From: Octopus sinensis
Taxonomy: Eukaryota
Direction: 5' to 3'
Assembly (NCBI RefSeq): GCF_006345805.1
Contig: NC_043014.1
Coordinates: 46,748,001-46,812,000, forward strand
Length of the DNA stretch: 64,000 nucleotides
Positions 40,246-53,473 of this stretch are shown here, piece after piece (position 1 is the stretch's first letter; each line of letters opens with the position of its first letter). Under the pieces are notes generated by a model. It was given only the letters and a program-made list of their open reading frames with translations, did not search any database and was not told where the DNA came from. The translations under genes were made by a program, and so were the position numbers.

Positions 40246-40409
40246 TTAGGATGTTGTAGTTCACTCAACAATGACATTTTCAAATAAAAATGAGAATCAT
40301 TTCTAAATGTCACTCCTGTTTCTAGCATAACCAGATACTCTTGAATTACACTAGCATAATTAGGTACTCCTATAAGGCTCAGACATAATGCTCCTATAAA
40401 ACTCCTATT

Positions 40410-40830
40410 ATAGGCATAGGAGTGACTGTGTGGTAAGTAGCTTGCTTACCGACCACATGGTTCAGGGTTCAGTCCCACTATGTGGCACATTGGGCAAGTG
40501 TCTTCTACTATAGCCTCGGGCCAACCAAAGCCTTGTGAGTGGATTTGGTAGACGGAAACTTAAAGAAGCCCATTTTATATATGTATATATATGTGTGTGT
40601 GTATGTGTGTGTGTGTATGTGTTTATGTATCTGTGTTTGTCCTCCCAACATCGCTTGACAACCGATGCTGGTGTGTGTACGTCCCCCGTAACTTAGCGGC
40701 TCGGCAAAAGAGACCGATAGAATAAGTACTAGGCTTACAAAGAATAAGTCCTGGGGTCGATTTGCTCGATTAAAGGTGGTGCTCCAGCATGGCAACAGTC
40801 AAATGACTGAAACAAGTAAAAGAGTAGAAG
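40410..40830 (+). mobile_element. SINE family B inserted in a ~30-bp degenerate minisatellite (40320-40945)
   Basis: Flanks repeat cataaccaggtactcctataa-like units. Confidence 0.85.
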
Positions 40831-41289
40831 CGTATAATGCTCAAACATAACCAGGTACTCCTGAACCATACTGATATAACCAGGTACTCTTTTGTATTAT
40901 CCGAGCATAATTAGGTACTCCTATAATGTTCAAACATAAGCAAGTATAAAGAGAGAGAGAGAAGGATAAAGAGAGAGAGGGAAGAATAAAAAGAGAGAAG
41001 GATAAAGAGAGAGAGAGAGAGAGAGAGAAAAGGATAAAGAGAGAAGTAAAGAGGGAGAAGTGTGAAGGCCAAGAGGTGTGATTTGATCTTAAAATTTCAT
41101 AGGTAAATTAATGGACATTTGTGTTTACTGTGAGAGTTAAAGAACAACATGCTGAAAACTGGTCTTTGTGGATTATGTTTTAGAATCGCTGTCACATCAA
41201 TCACTCAGTCACATCAATCAGATTGAATGAGGAACACTTCCCAATGCACAGTAATGTTATACTACCACCAGCACCAGCACCACCACCAC

Positions 41290-41327
41290 CACTACAACTA
41301 CTACTACTACTACTACTACTACTACTG

Positions 41328-41359
<32 letters not shown>

Positions 41360-41818
41360 GCTACTGCTGCCATCACCAACACCACTACCACCACAACTAC
41401 TCCTACCGGGGTTTTCCCGCCACTACCAGCCCCGCCATGACCATCACTACCTTGACCCCCCTACTGACACCCTCCCTCTCACACCCCAAACCCTTCTCAT
41501 AGAATTTCCCTTCACAGAATTACATTCTTCATCAAATTCTAGTTTGTCGTTTAAACTATTAAATCGGATTTTGACAGCATTGTCATTATTGTTGTTATAT
41601 TGTTGTTGTTACTGCAGTCGTTGTTGCTGCTGCTGCCATTATTGTTATTGTTGTTGCTAATGTCGTTGTGGTTGTTGTTGTTGTTGTTGCTATTGCTGTG
41701 TTGTTGTTGTTATTGTTGTTAGCGCTGTTACTCTTGTTGTTGCTGTTGTTGTTATTGTGATTGCTATTGTTGTTGTTGTTATTATTATTATTGTTGTTGT
41801 TGTTGTTGTGATTGTTAC

Positions 41819-41855
<37 letters not shown>

Positions 41856-42002
41856 GTTGTTGTTGTTGTTGTTGTAGTTATTGTTGTTGCTGTTGCTAAT
41901 ATCATTGTTGGTGTTAATGTTGTTGTTGTTGCTGTTGTTGTTATTGTGATTGTTACTGTTGTTATCATCATCATCATTATTATTATTATTATCGTTATTA
42001 TT

Positions 42003-42040
<38 letters not shown>

Positions 42041-42062
42041 TATTATTATTATTATTATTATT

Positions 42063-42095
<33 letters not shown>

Positions 42096-42180
42096 ATTGT
42101 TGTTGCTGTTGCTAATATCATTGTTGGTGTTAACGTTGTTGCTACTGTTGTTGTTGTTGTGTTGTTGTTGCTGTTGTTGT
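41290..42180. repeat. (CTA)n then (TTG/ATT/CAT)n triplet blocks
   Basis: Directly visible. Confidence 0.9.
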
Positions 42181-42691
42181 CATCGTTATTCCTGTCTTTT
42201 ACACATCACAGCTCCGCAGATTTATGCATCTTAAACATTGATTTTTATAGCCACAGTTGTGGGTCATGGGGAGCGCAGAGGCGGTAGTTATGTGGTGATA
42301 ATAGCAGCGATAGTAGCATTGGTGGTAGTGGCGGTGGTCATAGTCGAGGTGGTGGTGGTGGTGGTGGTGGTGGTGGAGTAACAATATGGTGTAAGAGACA
42401 ACAGTTCTCTTGTCTTTCCGAAAAACAGAACCACAGTTTTAATTAATTAACCAAACGAATTAAGTTTTATTAAATTTTAAATTTTAGACATTTTTCTATC
42501 GATTGCCAAAACATATTGTTGTTGTAGTTGTCAGGTGACCAATAACTTCACTGGTAATGCGATATTTACAACATTATAGAACATTCCAGAGACGAGAGAA
42601 ACTAGTCTTAGGTCCTCTTTTTATTTTACATAAACCAGCTTTCTCCTGTTCAAGTTCCTCTCTTTCGTTCTCTTTCTCTTCATACACATAT

Positions 42692-42714
<23 letters not shown>

Positions 42715-42728
<14 letters not shown>

Positions 42729-43000
42729 CCATTTAACGTCTGTTGTCCATGCTGGCATGGGTTGGACTTTTTGACCAGGGCTAGTAAGCTAGAAGGCTGC
42801 ACCGGACACCAGTCTGACTGGGCATGGTTTTTTTTTATTCTATGGCTGGATGCCCTTCCTAACGCCAACCACTCTGAGAGTGTAATGGGTGCTTTTGTGT
42901 GCCACCAACAAGGGTGCCATTTGCGTGACAACAGTATCTGCCACAGCTGCGATTTTGCTTGGCTTGATGGGTTTTTTTCTCAAGCACGACATGATACCAA
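42715..43000 (-). mobile_element. Retroposon family F 3' part with (GAT)n tail
   Basis: ggatgcccttcctaacgccaacc block shared with 56340-56955 and 63040-63480. Confidence 0.75.
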
Positions 43001-43087
43001 AGGTCTCAGATATTGCCTTCCCCAATGCTTGAATATATATATATATATATATTCACGCTTCTCTTTTAGATATATGATTTAATGATG

Positions 43088-43118
<31 letters not shown>

Positions 43119-43119
43119 C

Positions 43120-43340
43120 ACAATTTTCTCTCACTTTTACTTCCTGTTTCTGTTGTAGCTGTATTTCAAAGGGCCAGCCTTGTCACACTCTGTGTCACGC
43201 TGAATCTCCCCGAGAACAACGTTAAGGGTACATGGGCCTGTGGAATGCTCAGCCACTTGAACGTTAATTTCATGTGCAAGCTGTTCCGTTGATCGGATCA
43301 ATTGGAACCCTCGTCGCCGTAACCAACGGAATGCCACAAC
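43120..43340 (+). mobile_element. SINE family C, 3' half
   Basis: Family match. Confidence 0.8.
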
Positions 43341-43343
43341 GAT

Positions 43344-43384
<41 letters not shown>

Positions 43385-43405
<21 letters not shown>

Positions 43406-43575
43406 TTAGGGGAGAATTCATGAAGAAACAAAAAACGAAGATAGTGGTGTAGACAACAAACAGATGTATTAGTATAACGCTCAGGAATTGAAAACGTCTT
43501 TTACATTTCGAGCCTATGCTCTTCCACAGAAAAGAACACAGAAAGAAATAAGGAGAGAAACAAGATGAGAAAAAC
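43385..43575 (-). mobile_element. Family P-b, hammerhead motif at 43498-43533
   Basis: CUGUGGA-a-GAGC AUAG GCUC-GAAA-UGUA-aaag. Confidence 0.55.
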
Positions 43576-43589
43576 AATGTGTGTGTATG

Positions 43590-43790
43590 TGACCTCGTCT
43601 GTATCACTAGCGATTTTTTTCCCCTGTCTTCCCTTCTCAGGATCTTTCCTTCTCCTATGTTTCCGACGAAGAGCTCCGCTCGAAACGTCAAACCCTCCTT
43701 CTTCACTGAGCGTCCAATAATACTTTATTTGTTCCACGTCTTTGCGTTGTTGTTTTTTTGTTTTTGTTTTCTTGTTTGGATTAACTTTAT
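43590..43790 (+). mobile_element. Family P-a, best-preserved minimal hammerhead at 43659-43693
   Basis: guuu-CCGACGA-a-GAGC UCC GCUC-GAAA-CGUC-aaac. Confidence 0.6.
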
Positions 43791-43813
43791 ATATATATAT
43801 ATATATATAATAT

Positions 43814-43870
<57 letters not shown>

Positions 43871-44839
43871 AATTATAAATTCTATTAGAAAGAGAGAGAG
43901 CAACAGTAAGAGGTTGCAAACACTGCGAGTCGCAGAATCAACACCATCTCCATATCTTTGTCCTTTTCAAATATCACTCCGGATATAAGTATCTAAACAT
44001 CGCTAAATGAACATATTTGAACCTTACAAGCAAATGTTGTGATTGCTATACAAAACTTAATCATTAAAAATTTACTTAAAAAAAAATAATAATAATAAAA
44101 AGAGAGAGTTCACAAACCGTCAGACAAAAGACCTTAGAAACCTGAAAATGAAAAGGCCTAAAGAAATCGACATTGACAAGTCATTTGCTAAGAGATTACT
44201 TGACAAATACATCAACAAAATATAACGAGATGTTAAACAATAACTGTAAAGAGATAAACAAAAACTCCGTACACTTCATTAGATATACTACAACAATTAA
44301 AGCTATTGAAAAGAATAGAAACTTAGAAGAATGGCTAAATTATTGATTATTAATATGTATCAGTCGTTGCTGTATACTTTAGCGATTTATTTAACTAACA
44401 ACACTCCTTTCAATAATTTTCACTAAACTAACCTGCCCTTCTCAACAATACAGCGCACACGTTAACGGTGTTGATTGCATGTGGCTCATGTCCGCACCAG
44501 GTACGCATGATTATTAATACGTAAATACAGCCAATAACAAACTTGTAGTTGTAATTTGAAAAATGCTGGAAGGATTCGTTGAAAGCTGATTATACGGAAC
44601 TCGAGCAGAGTAGATCAGGCGAATTCGTATTTAATTAGGGGAATGGTGAATGCATGAAAATCTCATTACTAAATATGTGAAAAATTAAGAAAGGTGTTGA
44701 GATGTGGATGTATAATCGATCAGTGTGTGCGTGTGTGTTGTTTTTGTGCTTGTATATGTATGCATTTGTATGTATGTGTGTGTGTGTGTGTGTGTGTGTG
44801 ATATTGGTGGTGATGATGATGATGTGTGTATATTATATT

Positions 44840-45235
44840 ATTCTTTTACTTGTTTCAGTCATTTTGACTGCAGCCATGCTGGAGCACCGCCTTTAGTCGA
44901 ACAAATCAACCCCAAAACTTATTCTTTGTAAGCCTAGTATTTATTCTATCGGTCACGTTTGCCAAACTGCTAAGTTATGGGGACGTGAACACACCAACAT
45001 CAGTTATCAAGCGATGGTAGAGGGACAAACACAGACACACATACAAATTTACACACACAAACACACATGCACACACATACATACAACAAGCTTCTTTCAG
45101 TTTCCATCTACCAAATCCACTCACACAAAGCTTGAGTCAACCCAAGGCTATAGTAGAAGGCACTTGCCTAAAGTACCACGTAGTGAGGATGAACCATGTG
45201 GTTGGTAAGCAAGCTACTTACCACACAGCCACTTC
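44840..45235 (-). mobile_element. SINE family B
   Basis: Family match. Confidence 0.85.
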
Positions 45236-45256
45236 TGCAGGATACTTGCAATGTAT

Positions 45257-45434
45257 GAATCTGTGAGAGGAATGCTTTCAATAAAGTCATAATCAACTGA
45301 TCCTCCTCTATTTTCTTTTAGCCAAAGCCAGGAACTTTTCAGGAAGTGCCAAAAATTTCCTGGTTTGGAGTAAAAGAAAATAAAGGAGAACCAGTTGGTT
45401 ATGATTTTATTCAACGTATTCCCTTTTCAGATTC
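45257..45434. repeat. Degenerate fold-back element; one arm recurs at 46057-46180
   Basis: Arms pair about 45340-45352. Confidence 0.75.
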
Positions 45435-46479
45435 ACACACTTATTGCAGCAGCCCTTCACTTTTTCCAAGCCCCGGTAAAGAACTCGGAAGGTTGGGCCT
45501 CCAACCAGGCCTTTTGCAATACCCTTAAAGCCAGGAACTTTTCAGTACCCTCTCGTATATATGCATGTATGTTTGTATGTATATATATTTGTTTACATAT
45601 ATTTAGATTTTCAACATACCTTTTTCAAAGGTGAGATGGGTTGGATAAGAACTTATTTGAGAAAGCCTTTTATGGCTGGTTGCTCCTTGTGCCTTCTATC
45701 ACCAACCCTGTCTTGCTTTCAAAGTGAAGAATATTTTGTTGTTTTACTGTAGCCTCAGCCTTAAGTTTGAAATTGTGCATAAGCTCATTGTGTGTATGTG
45801 TGTGTGTGTGTGTGTACAAGTGCCTGTATCTATGCGCATGTGTGTGTGTGCATGTGTGTGTATTTGCATGGGTATGTGTGAGAGTGTGTGTGTTTGTGTG
45901 TTTCTTGTATGTGTCTATGTTTGCTTCGATCCAAACAAAGCCAGTGACTATCTATATATCTTATGATCTAGCAGCTTGACAAATAGACATCGATAAAATA
46001 AGTACAAGACCAATATACGTACTGGCATGGTACGATCAACTAAGAAGCAAAATAAGCGTGTGAATCTGAAGGGGGAATACATCGAATAAAATCATAATCA
46101 ACTGACCCTCCCTCCTCTAGTTTCTTTTACCCAAAACCAGGAGCTTTCCAGCACTTCCTGAAAAGTTCCTGGCTTTGGCTTAAACATGGCCCCATTCCAA
46201 TAACTGAAACGAGAAACACAATTAAAGCTAAACAAGCATAATTAAATTTTAAATATAACTAATGAGAATACAAATAATATATATATATATAACAAAGCTA
46301 AATTAAGATATGTCTAAACAAGAATATTTAACGATACACTAATTAGGCTTACTTCCCTATCTACGTCATACTGTATTGATTAATGGTGATTGGTTTTTAA
46401 AAAATTTAAATATATCTGTAAACAGGGTCGTTAGTCTAAATAGGAAGAATATGACTAGTTATATATTACTAAATATTTT

Positions 46480-46880
46480 TTTCCAATCTAGGTATAAGGC
46501 TTGAAATTTTGGGGAAAGGGGGGGGTCCAGTCAATTAGATCAACCTCAGTATGCAACTGGTGCTTAATTTAATGACCCCCCAAAAAGATGAAAGGCAAAG
46601 TTGACCTCGGCGGAATTTGAACTCAGAACGTAAAGACTTGAAATACCTATTTCTTTATTACCCACAAGGGGCTAAACATAGAAGGGACAAACAAGGACAG
46701 ACAAACAGATTAAGTCGATTACAGCAACCCCAGTGCGTAACTGGTACTTAATTTATCGACCCTGAAAGGATGAAAGGTAAAGTCAACCTCAGCGAAATTT
46801 GAACTCAGAACGTAAAGACAGAAAGAAATACCGCTAAGCATTTTGCCTGGTGTGCTAACATTTCTGCCAGCTCATAGCCT
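46480..46880 (-). mobile_element. SINE family A with a duplicated body
   Basis: Same two-unit layout as 37320-37720. Confidence 0.85.
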
Positions 46881-47061
46881 TTATATTCGTAAATATTCTT
46901 ACATGTATGGGTGTGTGAAGGTGTACACAGGTGTATATATATAAATATATATATATATAGGTGTGCATGTGTATCTTCGTTTATGTTTTTTTCAGCCATT
47001 TTGTATCTTGTGGCTGATCGGTAGTAAGGAAAGACACACAAATAAGAAAGGAGAAAGCAAA

Positions 47062-47106
47062 GGACCACTGATGAGGTCACAGAAGTGTGACGAAAGAACT
47101 GTGGCC
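47062..47106 (+). ncRNA. Hammerhead-like motif, canonical core but non-cleavable triplet
   Basis: gacca-CUGAUGA-g-GUCAC agaagu GUGAC-GAAA-GAACU-G-uggcc; position 17 is G. Confidence 0.45.
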
Positions 47107-47289
47107 GAAATATGACTAATGTAAAAAATAAAATAAAGCTGAAGCAAATTAATACTAAATATATAGTACGCGTGTTTCATTGGCTAAACTGGCCAACCCC
47201 AAATATAACAATATCTGTTTCAACACACAATTTCACATCAAGAATCTTGCAAAATGAATATATAAACGTATATATATATATGTGACCAT

Positions 47290-47745
47290 GTGTGTATCGT
47301 TGGTGATTTTTTCCTCCGTCTTCCCTTCCTTGGATCTTTCCTTTTTCTAAGTTTCTGACAAAGAGCTCCGCTCGAAACATTAAATCCTCCTTCTTTCTTT
47401 CCTTTCCTGAGCGTCCAATAACACTATACTTGTTTCACGTCCTCGCGTTGTGTTTTCTCTTTGTGTTTTTATGTTTGGATTAACCACATATATATATATA
47501 TATATGCAAGTATATATATATAAACACACACATATATATGTATGTACACATGCATACATATATATACCGTTAGCTCCTACATGCATTTTTTCCTCTCCTT
47601 GTTTCTTTTCTGTGTATCTTTCTGTCGAAGAGCGTAGGCTCAAAACGTAAAAGACTTGTTCTATTTCCATTCCTGAGTGCCATACTAATACAACTGTTTG
47701 TTTGTACTCCACCTGCCTTAGTCTTTTTTTTTTTCGTAAACTTCC
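47290..47745 (+). mobile_element. Tandem P-a (hammerhead 47351-47385) plus P-b (hammerhead 47617-47654)
   Basis: Both motifs are on +, separated by a microsatellite; each shows CpG-type decay (CUGACAA; AAAA for GAAA). Confidence 0.55.
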
Positions 47746-47755
47746 CCCCCCACCC

Positions 47756-47831
<76 letters not shown>

Positions 47832-48489
47832 AAGAAAGAAAGAAAGAAAGAGAGAAAAAGAAAGAAAAGAGAGCGAGAAAAACAGACAGAGACTACAGAC
47901 TAGATAAATATATGGATGGATGGGTGTATGTATCTGTGTGTGTATGTATGTATGTATGTATGTTTGTATGTATGTATATGTGTTAATATGTATTTACTGA
48001 TTTTGCTTGTGTCTGTAATTGTAGGTAAGTGTGTGTATTCATGTTTGTGTGAGTTTGTGTATATACAAATATGTGTGTGTGCGTGTATAGAAGTGTGTAT
48101 TTGCATGAAGTGTGTGTGTGTGTGTGTGTGCATGTGTGTGTGAGCATGTGTGTGTGCGTGTGTGTGTGTGTGTTTGCATGGGTGTAGGTGATGATAAGTA
48201 AACCTAACAATAGATTCCAAATTGGTGAAACTTAATAAGGAAATACAAGATACTGTCTCAAAGAATCTGGCAGAATGGTGACATCCATGGGGGGGGGAGA
48301 ACCCCCCCCCCCGTACAGACATGATGACTTTTGGTGAAAATGTCATAGGTGCAAGTGTGATATCTGATATCATGTGGTCTATTGATTGTTAGAGAATGGT
48401 CACGGGTTCAAACCAAACAAATGACCTTTAACATCTTAACTAGTCCTGACATGGTGCAGGAAACAACGCTTTCTGTTTGGTGCTGAAGG

Positions 48490-49080
48490 TGGTGATGGTG
48501 TTGGTGGTAGCAATGATTGTTGTGATGATAGCAGTGCCAATGAAGGTGGTGGTGGAGGTGGACATGGAGCAGTGATGGTAGTAGTGGTAGTATTGGTGGT
48601 GGTGGTGGTGGTGTTGGAGGTGGTGGTGGTGGTGGTGGTGGTGGTGGTGGTGGTGGCGGTGGTATTGGTGGTGATGGTGGTGGTGGTGGTATTGGTGGTG
48701 GTGGTCGTGGTATTGGTGGTGGTAGTATTGGTGGTGATGGTGATGGTGGTGGTGGTGGTGGCGGCAGTGGCAGTGGTGATGGTAGTGGTAGAGCAGTGAT
48801 GATGATGGTGGTAGTGGTGGTGGTGGTGGTGGAAGTGATGGTGGTGGTGGTGGTGGAAGTGATGGTGGTGGTCATGGAGCAGTGATAGTAGTGGTAGGAG
48901 CGGTGATGATGATGGTGATAGTGGTGCTGATGGTGCTGGTGATGGTAGTGGTAGGAGCGGTGATGATGATGGTGATAGTGGTGATAGTGATGGTGGTTGT
49001 GATGGTGGTGGTGGTGGTGGTGGTGGTGGTGGTAGTGGTGGTGGCTGCAGTGGTAGTGTCTGTGATGCTGGTGTAAGATG
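48490..49080. repeat. (GGT/GAT)n triplet block
   Basis: Directly visible. Confidence 0.95.
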
Positions 49081-49464
49081 TGTTGTATGAATAATAGCAT
49101 AATATTGGGTGGTGATAGTGTAGAGGGTATGTTGTAGGTTTGGGTGATGATTCCGTATTATAGTACTCAATACTGGGTGTCAAATATGTAAGAGTGGGAT
49201 CTTTTATTGATGAGTTCCAAAACAGCAAGCAATGACTTTGCTTTCCATCTCCCTGTGGCTGATAGGATAAACACCAGTTTTTTTTTGTTTTTTCCCCAAT
49301 TGGGATTAAATTTATTTTCTGGTTTTGTACCAGTGTAAGAAGCAAAGGCATGAATTGTTGCATTTAGGGTCAAGGAAGAATTATGCGGTACCTTGATCTG
49401 CGCTACCAGAAACTCTGACTGACCTCTCAACCATTCCTTTATTTGGAAATGTGTGTGTATGTGA

Positions 49465-49830
49465 GGAACTCTTTACTCTTTACTCTTTTACTTGTTTCAG
49501 TCATTTAACTGTGGCCATGCTGGAGCACCACCTTTAGTCGAGCAAATCGACCCCAGGACTTATTCTTTGGAAGCCTGGTACTTATTCTATTGGTCTCTTT
49601 TGCCGAACTGCTAAGTTACGCGGACGTAAACACACCACCATCGGATGTCAAGCAATGTTGGGAGACAAAGACACACAAGCATACACACACACATACATAC
49701 ATATATACGACAGGCTTCTTTCAGTTTCCGTCTACCAAATCCACTCACAAGGCTTTGGTCGACCCAAGGGTATAGTAGAAGACACTTGCCCAAGATGCCA
49801 AAGCTACTTACCACACAGCCACTCCTTTAG
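49465..49830 (-). mobile_element. SINE family B with internal deletion
   Basis: Family match. Confidence 0.85.
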
Positions 49831-49971
49831 ATATGTGTTATGATTTTACTAGTTTGCCTGAACTGATGTAAAACATTCCACTTTTTGCCCATCTTTGTAA
49901 TATGTTTGCATGTTACAACTTCATGGAACATACAGATATTGAAGGATAGGCCGTTTTCCTGTGTCTAGTGG

Positions 49972-51855
49972 CTGTAGAGAAAGAGGTGGTATGGTGGACC
50001 TGTTTGAAAGGGCTACGGTCAGACACTTTCCTCTTTGGCCAAGACCTCATTAATAATTTTTTCAAGTTTCACTTGAAAAGGAAGATGAGGTGAGAGAGGA
50101 GAGTGCTGTCTGATAGCAAGTTTTCTGAAAGGATGGGTAAATGTCGCAAGAATGGCCAGTATAAATGGACCAATTCTGAGGATACACGTGCAGTATAAAA
50201 AGGTATGAGCTGATCAGAAGTGTGTTGGAACAGTAGAACAATACCAGAACAATACCACTGGAATTTTTTGTGATTTAAATGAGGATCCTTTGTTTCAAGA
50301 AAGAGGTGGCATGGTGGACCCGTTTGAAAGGGCTAAGGTCAGGCACTTTCCTTAACTTTTTCAAGTTTCACTTGAAAAGGTAGATGAGGTTAGAGAGGAG
50401 AGTGTTGTCTGATAGCAAGTTTTCTGAAAGGTGGGTAAATGTTGCAAGAATGGCCAGTATAAATGGACCAATTCTGAGGATACACGTGCAGTATAAAAAG
50501 GTATGAGCTGATCAGAAGTGTGTTGGAACAGTAGAACAATACCAGAACAATACCACTGGAATATTTTGTGATTTAAATGAGGATCCTTTGTTTCAAGAAA
50601 GAGGTGGCATGGTGGACCCGTTTGAAAGGGCTAAGGTCAGACACTTTCCTCTTTGGCCAAGACCTCATTAATTTTTTCAAGTTTCACTTGAAAAGGAAGA
50701 TGAGGTTAGAGAGGAAAGTGCTGTCTGATAGCAAGTTTTCTGAAAGGATGGGTAAATGTTGCAAGAATGGCCAGTATAAATGGACCAATTCTGAGGATAC
50801 ACTTGTAGTAATAAAAAGGTATGAGCTGATCAGAAGTGTGTTGGAACAGTAGAACAATACCAGAACAATACCACTGGAATATTTTGTGATTTAAATGAGG
50901 ATCCTTTGTTTTAAGAAAGAGGTGGCATGGTGGACCCGTTTGAAAGGGCTAAGGTCAGACACTTTCCTCTTTGGCCAAGACCTCATTAACTTTTTCAAGT
51001 TTCACTTGAAAAGGAAGATGAGGTTAGAGAGGAAAGTGCTGTCTGATAGCAAGTTTTCTGAAAGGATGGGTAAATGTCGCAAGAATGGCCAGTATAAATG
51101 GACCAATTCTGAGGATACACGTGTAGTGTAAAAAGGTATGAGCTGATCAGAAGTGTGTTGGAACAGTAGAACAATACAGAACAATACCACTGGAATATTT
51201 TGTGATTTAAATGAGGATCCTTTGTTTTAAGAAAGAGGTGGCATGGTGGACCCGTTTGAAAGGGCTAAGGTCAGACACTTTCCTCTTTGGCCAAGACCTC
51301 ATTAACTTTTTCAAGTTTCACTTGAAAAGGAAGATGAGGTTAGAGAGGAAAGTGCTGTCTGATAGCAAGTTTTCTGAAAGGATGGGTAAATGTTGCAAGA
51401 ATGGCCAGTATAGATGGACCAATTCTGAGGATACACTTGTAGTATAAAAAGGTATGAGCTGATCAGAAGTGTGTTGGAACAGTAGAACAATACCAGAACA
51501 ATACCACTGGAATTTTTTGTGATTTAAATGAGGATCCTTTGTTTTAAGAAAGAGGTGGCATGGTGGACCCGTTTGAAAGGGCTAAGGTCAGACACTTTCC
51601 TCTTTGGCCAAGACCTCATTAACTTTTTCAAGTTTCACTTGAAAAGGAAGATGAGGTTAGAGAGGAAAGTGCTGTCTGATAGCAAGTTTTCTGAAAGAAT
51701 GGGTAAATGTTGCAAGAATGGCCAGTATAAATGGACCAATTCTGAGGATACACGTGTAGTATAAAAAGGTATGAGCTGATCAGAAGTGTGTTGGAAGAGT
51801 AGAACAATACCACTGGAATTTTTTTGTGATTTAAATGAGGATCCTTTGTTTCAAG
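49972..51855. repeat. ~317-bp tandem array, about 6 copies
   Basis: atgaggatcctttgtt recurs at 50279, 50577, 50895, 51211, 51528 and ~51836. Confidence 0.95.
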
Positions 51856-51859
51856 TTCT

Positions 51860-52230
51860 TTCATATCAGATAAATCTATTTATGTTTTGTTTCTGCAGCA
51901 TCTGTCACTCATTTTTTTTTATTAGTTGTTTTGTTATCGATTTCAATAAATATTGAGAAATGTTTTCTTCTATTTTCTTTTACTGTATATATTGGTTTCC
52001 CATATTGTTTGTTTGCATTATGATGTTCCTATTTGAGTAGATCTGAAAAGCTACTCACTTTCCTTGGTAACTTCAGTGGCTGCTGCATACAATATTTCAT
52101 TTAGTCTGGTGATATTGATGTTTCTGTCTGTTTTCACTAAATCTGTGATAATCTCCTTTGCATTTATTGTTGCTATTTTATATTTGAGTGGAACTTTCAT
52201 TGGTACAAGATGATTTCGCTTATAATTTTT
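51860..52230 (-). pseudogene. Decayed R4/Dong-like non-LTR ORF fragment
   Basis: KIATINAKEIITDLVKTDRNINITRLNEILYAAATEVT resembles the IT.LN...YA.A..VT region of R4-clade ORFs (from memory); many stops. Confidence 0.35.
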
Positions 52231-52276
52231 TAATCATTTCCAGCTTTGATTAACATAGTCATGATTAACATAGTCA

Positions 52277-52690
52277 TAGGCACAGGAGTGGCTGTATGGT
52301 AAGTAGCTTGCTAACCAATCACATGGTTCCGGGTTCAGTCCCACTGCGGTGCATCTTGGGCAAGTGTCTTCTGCTATAGCCCCGGGCCGACCAATGCCTT
52401 GTGAGTGGATTTGGTAGATGGAAACTGAAAGAAGCCTGTCGTATATATGTGTATATGTATATGTGTGTGTGTGTTTGTGTGTCTGTGTTTGTCCCCCTAG
52501 CATTGCTTGACAACCGATGCTGGCGTGTTTACGTCCCCGTCACTTAGCGGTTTGGCAAAAGAGACCGATAGAATAAGTACTGGGCTTACAAAGAATAAGT
52601 CCCAGGGTCGATTTGCTCGACTAAAGGCGGTGCTCCAGCATGGCCGCAGTCAAATGACTGAAACAAGTAAAGGAGTAAAAGAGTAAGAGT
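52277..52690 (+). mobile_element. SINE family B, near consensus
   Basis: Full length. Confidence 0.9.
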
Positions 52691-52719
52691 ATTTCCAACA
52701 TTAAAATTCTCTATTCTTA

Positions 52720-53473
52720 CATCTTCCAAACAAACAATAACTCTGAGCACCTTTTCAAACTCCATCTGTCTAACACAGCTCCCATGACTTTCGAAAACAT
52801 TTTTTCACGCTAAGAGTTGCTGAAGTATGGAACAAACTGCTGGCATCAGTCGTTAGTTGTCGGAGCACTGCATCCTTCAAAACTTCCATGCTTCCTGAGA
52901 TTCGCCAACACTACACCTGATTTTTCTCCCCTCCATACACACGCAAGCATGTATCTGACTCGTACACTCTTTTTCTCTTTACTCTTTTACTTGTTTCAGT
53001 CATTTGACTGCGGCCATGCTGGAGCACTGCCTTTAGTTGAGCAACTAGACCCCGGGACTTATTCTTTGTAAGCCCAGTACTTATTCTATCGGTCTCTTTT
53101 ACCGAACCGCTAAATGACAGCAATGTAAACACACCAGCATCGGTTGTCAAGCAATGCTAGGGGGACAAACACAGACACACAAACGTACATGCACACACAT
53201 ACATATATATACATATATACGACGGGCTTCTTTCAGTTTCCATCTACCAAATCCACTCACAAGGCATTGGTCGGCTCGAGGCTATAGTAGAAGACACTTG
53301 CCCAAGGTGCCATGCAGTGGGACTGAACCCGGAACCATGTGGTTGGTAGGCAAACTACTTACCACACAGCCACTTGCTTCCCAGACATTTGTACATTACT
53401 GCATATGCTTTATACGCACTTTTGACAAGTTGTGGTGCACCTGAGCACTGTATACAATAATTTCATTATTATT
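52720..53473 (+). mobile_element. CR1-clade 3' fragment split by a SINE-B (52970-53375, minus)
   Basis: CR1 sequence at 52720-52966 resumes at 53376 and ends in (ATT)n. Confidence 0.85.

Noticed and set aside
50577-51764. Four near-identical MRILCFKK ORFs; possible gene array or CRISPR
   Set aside because: By-product of the 317-bp tandem unit; no unique spacers, no recognisable domain, and the ORF is disrupted in other copies.
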